From the NCBI GenBank assembly GCA_036630325.1, contig CP142731.1, positions 1,240,001 through 1,281,651 on the forward strand: a stretch of DNA of 41,651 bases, given 5' to 3'. This document shows, in pieces, positions 36,242 through 41,651 of this stretch. How positions within the stretch are numbered: position 1 is the first letter of the stretch; the number at the start of each line of letters is the position of its first letter. The DNA is from Vairimorpha necatrix (lineage: Eukaryota). The position numbers and the translations under genes were made by a program. The notes under the pieces were generated by a model. It saw only the letters and a list, made by a program, of their open reading frames with translations. It did not search any database and was not told the origin of the DNA.

Positions 36242-39200
36242 TGTTAAAGTTGAACCTCTTGATAAATAAATGTATAACATGGCGAACACAAAAGACGCTA
36301 TGCTAACAGGTGAGACCTGTGTTTTAGAGAACAGAAAATTACTAAAAGAAGATAAGCAAGTGAGACAATCATCATAATGCAGAAAGATGTGGAAGCTATG
36401 ACAACGAAAAGGCGAAACAAGTAAGTACTGAACTTCAAAATTTTATTGTTGATAAAAATTTAATCAGTATAATAAATTGGAATGATATTATTAATGAAAT
36501 TGATAAATTAATGTTGAAGAGAAAGAGAATAAGAACAAGAAAAAAATAAGGAGCAGAGGACTAGAAGGTATGGTAGAGGGTATGAAATAAAATTAAGAGA
36601 GAGATTAAAGGAGATCTGACTTGACTATAGCAGTGCCAGCAAGACACTTTCAATATAAAAGACGAGAAACCAAAAAACAAGTTTTATATGTAAGAGCGTT
36701 GGACATATAGTTAGAAGTTGTATAGAGCGTAAAGGAAGAAAGGAAGAGAATAACGAAAATAAAAAAGTTTAATATTTTAGTATTCGTGATAATAGTAAAA
36801 TGAAAATATTTAAAGGAAATGATTTTAAAATAAGACTACCAGTGGAGGGCGAAAAGAGAACTCTAGATACAGTTTTTATGTAGAAAATACAACCAAAGAT
36901 AAAAGGGGAAAAAATATTAATAAATTACAAGAATTGAGAGGAAAATTTCTAGAAGTATTAGGAAATGACGAAGAGTAAATAAAATACTTAACAAGAGAAA
37001 AATGTTCTATTAAAACAAAACAAGGAGTGAAAGTAGTTTAAAAAAGACTAAATATTTTTTATAATCTCGAGAAAAGTTGAAAAAGCATATTAATTGATTA
37101 GAAAGTAGAGGTTTTTTTAGAAGGACAAAGAGCGAATGGAGAAGCCCAATAAAGCCCATAGAAAAACTAAATGGTGAAGTACAATTGAGAAGCAATTTGA
37201 TGGATTTAAACGAACTGGTTTAAAAAGATCCGTATGAATTGCCATTGATTAGAGACATTATTAGGGCAACGGAGGTTCTAAAGTATTTATGGTTTTAGAC
37301 CTAAAGTTAGGATTCTATCATATAAAATTGAGAAAGCTCAAAAACATAAGACAGCTTTTGAGATAATTGTTCGAGTTTACACATGGAATAGCATTGTATT
37401 GGGATTTAAAAATGCATCCCATATTATGAAAAGAGTGATGAACGGAGTTTTAGATAAGTTTAGAGGTAAGAGCGTTGAGGTGTACATGGATGATATTATT
37501 ATTCATGCAAGAGATAGTAATATACACGAAATTTTTTTAAAACAAAAAATTCGAAAACTTAACGAATGTGGATTAAAAGAAACTTAAAAAAAATACAATA
37601 TAAAGGAGAAATAAAACTACTTGGAATATCAATTAACGGAGAAGACATTACACCTAACAAAATTAAAAAGCAAGAGACATTAGAATACAGAAGGCCTAAC
37701 AATATATAAGATCTTAGAAGATTTGAGGGACGTGCAGGCTGGTTAAGAGATTTTATTCCCCATTATGCTTATCGGTCAGCGCTTCTTACGGAAGCACTAA
37801 AAAAAGATGTTAAATGGTGATGGTCCGAAGATATGGAAAGAGCTCTTATGGATATCAAAGAGGGTTTAAAGGATGTGAAAAAATTAAAAATGGTAGATAG
37901 TAAAAAAATGTGTAGAGTAAGAACAGATGCATACGATACGGGAACTTGAGCCATACTATTGCAAGAAGACAAAGAAGGAAAGTGGAATCAGATACAATGG
38001 GCATCAAAAATGTTAACAGCAACAGAAAAAAGGTATATGATTAATGAAAAAGTGATGTTGGCAGTGTTATTTGGAATAAAGAAATTCGAATCCGATTTGA
38101 GGGAAGCAAATTTCATTAAATGAAAAATCATAAAGGACTGGCCGAGATTAGAAACAAACCGTTTCGCAAAAATAACAAAAATAATAGATGGATAAAAAAC
38201 ATACAAGAGTTCGATTTAACTATTGAATATGTAAAAGGAGAATGGATGACGGATGTAGATGCTCTTAGTAGACAATTTAAAAATAACAAAGTGAAAGAAA
38301 GCAGCGAAAGATAGAAACGGACTTAAAAACAGATGAAAGGGAAAGCAAAAAAGCGCATGGTTAAAAGAGAAGGTAAAAACTATTGGAAGTTTTCAACAGG
38401 AGAAATTAATAAATACAACTCAAAGAAATAAGTGAGAACGGAAATTCGTAGAGTTCATGAGGAATTAAATCATCGAGGAGTTAAGGGAACACATTATAAG
38501 ATTATACAAAGATGGTACTGGCCAGGTATGAAGGACCAGATAACCACATCGCTAAAAAATTGTTAAGTATGTAGCATTAATAACAGAAAAAAGATCGGGG
38601 GTGGCAATTTTTTTTGGCATTTAAGAAATTAGAAAAAGTAGCTTTAGACGTAATGGATATTGAGGAAAAAGAAAAATACGTGCTATTAGGGACTGACTCC
38701 TTTACGAGAAGAGTATGGGGCGCAAAGATGGAAAATAAGGGAAATGATGTTATTACGAAAATTTTAGGATAATGGATAAATGAAGATGGATGCCTAGATG
38801 AATATTTCGGATAACGGTAAGGAATTTGTCAGTCAGAAGTTTGTAACTTGGTGTAAAGAAAATGGAATAATGCAATGGAAAGTATATTTAGAAGCTCATA
38901 GGGTTAATTGGAGAATAGAACGATGTATTTGAACAATAAGGGAACCGATGATCAAAAAAAAAGAAGGAAACCCAGAGGAAAAACTAGAACAAGCTGCAAG
39001 AACCTATAATAACACTCTACACACAGCGATTAAATGTACACCAATGGAAGCATGGAAAGAACAAGGAAAAGAAGTCTTAATTGAAAACAATAAAAAGAAT
39101 GTGTATGCAAGTAAGTTTAAACAAAAGCATAGAGAAAAATTTGAAGTAGATCAGGCTGTGAGAATCGCAAGATAAAAAACTTGGGTAAATAGATGAAAAG

Positions 39201-39409
39201 TACAAAAGGAAGATTTACAAGTGTCGGTAAAATATTCGGAAAGTATAGAATGATTCTTATTTTGTAAGGACTGATAGCGGAAGATACATTAAGAAAGACA
39301 TTATGACCTAGAATTTTTAAAAATGATAAATTAGAAGCTTGTAACCTGAGACTACCCGTTTGAAGGAGAAATGTTAGGGTTGAACTTTCCTATAAAAAAA
39401 TGTATAACA
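36242..39409 (+). mobile_element. Degenerate miniature-LTR Ty3/Gypsy element 'E' (3168 bp)
   Basis: 38-bp LTRs 36242-36279 and 39372-39409 (30/38 identical) with TSD TATAA (36237-36241 and 39410-39414). PBS TGGCGAACAC at 36280; PPT GAAGGAGAAA. Confidence 0.92.
36270..39371 (+). pseudogene. Element E gag-pol remnant with many stops and frameshifts
   Basis: MYNMANT start; fragments MGFKNASHIM...VYMDD, IQEFDLTIEYVKGE and YNNTLHTAIKCTPMEAW closely match the element D protein. Confidence 0.9.
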
Positions 39410-39572
39410 TATAATCATTAATCTGAAAAAAAAATAATTGAATAAAAAAAATAGTTAGATAAATTTTTATTAAAAATTTTCTTTTTTTATTTATTTTAGT
39501 TACATATTAATTTAACTGATAAATTTTTTAAACAAAAGATTGAGGAAGTTTTGAGGGCTAAAAGCTTACGTG

Positions 39573-41651
39573 TTAGTTAGGTTAGGTAGGTAGGTAGGTA
39601 GGTTAGGTAGGTAGGTAGGTAGGTTAGGTAGGTTAGGTTAGGTAGGTTAGGTAGGTAGGTTAGGTTAGGTAGGTAGGTTAGTAGGTTAGGTAGGTTAGGT
39701 AGGTAGGTAGGTAGGTAGGTTAGGTTAGGTAGGTAGGTTAGGTAGGTTAGGTAGGTAGGTTAGGTTAGGTAGGTTAGGTAGGTAGGTAGGTAGGTGTAGG
39801 TAGTAGGTTAGGTAGGTAGGTTAGGTAGGTAGGTAGGTAGGTAGGTTAGGTAGGTTAGGTAGGTAGGTAGGTTAGGTAGGTTAGGTTAGGTTAGGTAGGT
39901 AGGTTAGGTTAGGTAGGTAGGTAGGTTAGGTTAGGTAGGTAGGTAGGTAGGTAGGTTAGGTAGGTTAGGTAGGGTAGGTTAGGTAGGTAGGTTAGGTAGG
40001 TTAGGTAGGGTGGTAGGTTAGGTAGGTAGGTAGGTTAGGTAGGTTAGGTAGGTAGGTGGTTAGGGTAGGGTAGGTAGGTTAGGTAGGTTAGGTTAGGTAG
40101 GTAGGTAGGTTAGGTTAGGTAGGTTAGGTAGGGTAGGTTAGGGTAGGTTAGGTAGGTAGGTAGGGTAGGTTAGGTAGGTTAGGTTAGGTAGGTAGGTAGG
40201 GTAGGTTAGGTAGGTAGTAGGTAGGTAGGTTAGGTAGGTTAGGTAGGTAGGTTAGGTAGGTAGGTAGGTAGGTAGGTTAGGTAGGTAGGTTAGGTAGGTT
40301 AGGTAGGTAGGTAGGTTAGGTAGGTAGGTTAGGTAGGTTAGGTAGGTAGGTAGGTAGGTTAGGTAGGTGGTTAGGTAGGTTAGGTAGGTAGGTTAGGTAG
40401 GTTAGGTAGGTAGGTAGGTTAGGTAGGTAGGTAGGTAGGTAGGTTAGGTAGGTAGGTAGGTTAGGTAGGTAGGTAGGTTAGGTAGTAGGTTAGGTTAGGT
40501 AGGTTAGGTAGGTTAGGTAGGTTAGGTAGGTAGGTTAGGTAGGTTAGGTTAGGTAGGTTAGGTAGGTAGGTAGGTTAGGTAGGTTAGGTAGGTAGGTTAG
40601 GTAGGTAGGTAGGTAGGTAGGTTAGGTAGGTTAGGTAGGTAGGTTAGGTAGGTAGGTAGGTTAGGTAGGTAGGTAGGTAGGTAGGTTAGGTAGGTAGGTA
40701 GGTTAGTAGGTTAGGTAGGTTAGGTAGGTTAGGTAGGTTAGGTAGGTTAGGTAGGTTAGGTAGGTAGGTAGGTTAGGTAGGTAGGTAGGTAGGTTAGGTA
40801 GGTAGGTTAGGTAGGTTAGGTAGGTAGGTAGGTAGGTTAGGTTAGGTAGGTAGGTTAGGTAGGTAGGTTAGGTAGGTTAGGTAGGTTAGGTAGGTTAGGT
40901 AGGTTAGGTTAGGTAGGTTAGGTAGGTAGGTTAGGTTAGGTTAGGTAGGTTAGGTAGGTTAGGTAGGTTAGGTAGGTAGGTAGGTTAGGTTAGGTTAGGT
41001 AGGTAGGTAGGTAGGTTAGGTTAGGTTAGGTAGGTTAGGTAGGTTAGGTAGGTTAGGTTAGGTTAGGTAGGTTAGGTAGGTTAGGTAGGTAGGTAGGTTA
41101 GGTTAGGTAGGTTAGGTAGGTTAGGTAGGTTAGGTAGGTAGGTTAGGTAGGTTAGGTTAGGTTAGGTTAGGTAGGTAGGTTAGGTAGGTTAGGTAGGTTA
41201 GGTAGGTTAGGTAGGTTAGGTAGGTTAGGTAGGTTAGGTTAGGTAGGTAGGTTAGGTAGGTTAGGTAGGTTAGGTAGGTAGGTAGGTTAGGTAGGTAGGT
41301 TAGGTTAGGTAGGTAGGTAGGTAGGTAGGTTAGGTAGGTTAGGTAGGTTAGGTAGGTTAGGTTAGGTAGGTTAGGTTAGGTAGGTTAGGTAGGTTAGGTA
41401 GGTAGGTTAGGTAGGTAGGTTAGGTAGGTTAGGTAGGTTAGGTAGGTAGGTAGGTTAGGTAGGTAGGTAGGTAGGTAGGTAGGTAGGTTAGGTAGGTAGG
41501 TAGGTAGGTAGGTAGGTTAGGTAGGTTAGGTTAGGTAGGTAGGTAGGTAGGTAGGTAGGTTAGGTAGGTAGGTAGGTAGGTAGGTAGGTTAGGTAGGTTA
41601 GGTAGGTAGGTAGGTAGGTAGGTTAGGTAGGTTAGGTAGGTTAGGTTAGGT
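39573..41651 (+). repeat. Telomeric array of irregularly mixed TAGG and TTAGG units
   Basis: About 2.08 kb running to the end of the window, G-rich strand 5'->3' toward the end. Occasional TAG, TGG and TAGGG variants. Confidence 0.96.

Noticed and set aside
39573-41651. Telomeric array as a CRISPR array or coding repeat
   Set aside because: No spacers and no cas genes; it is a simple G-rich terminal repeat.

Overview
AT-rich eukaryotic chromosome end, most likely from a microsporidian. That assignment is inferred from CCC motifs just before start codons, the Merlin/Ty3-Gypsy/Helitron content and a mixed TAGG/TTAGG telomere. No intact host gene is recognisable: the window is a subtelomeric transposon field ending in about 2.1 kb of telomeric repeat (39573-41651). 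It holds (A) a Ty3/Gypsy element split by a Merlin DNA transposon with an 8-bp TSD, and (B, D, E) three diverged copies of a very compact ~3.1-kb Ty3/Gypsy family. That family has 38-39-bp LTRs, a start codon inside the LTR, a translated primer-binding site, a tiny Gag and no recognisable protease; copy D has an intact ORF. It also holds (C) an intact 3.46-kb Gypsy element with 87-bp LTRs ending TG...AA nested in B, several TSD-flanked solo LTRs, two head-to-tail non-autonomous Helitrons and a tRNA-derived Pol III element. The most unusual system is the miniature-LTR, protease-less retrotransposon family.
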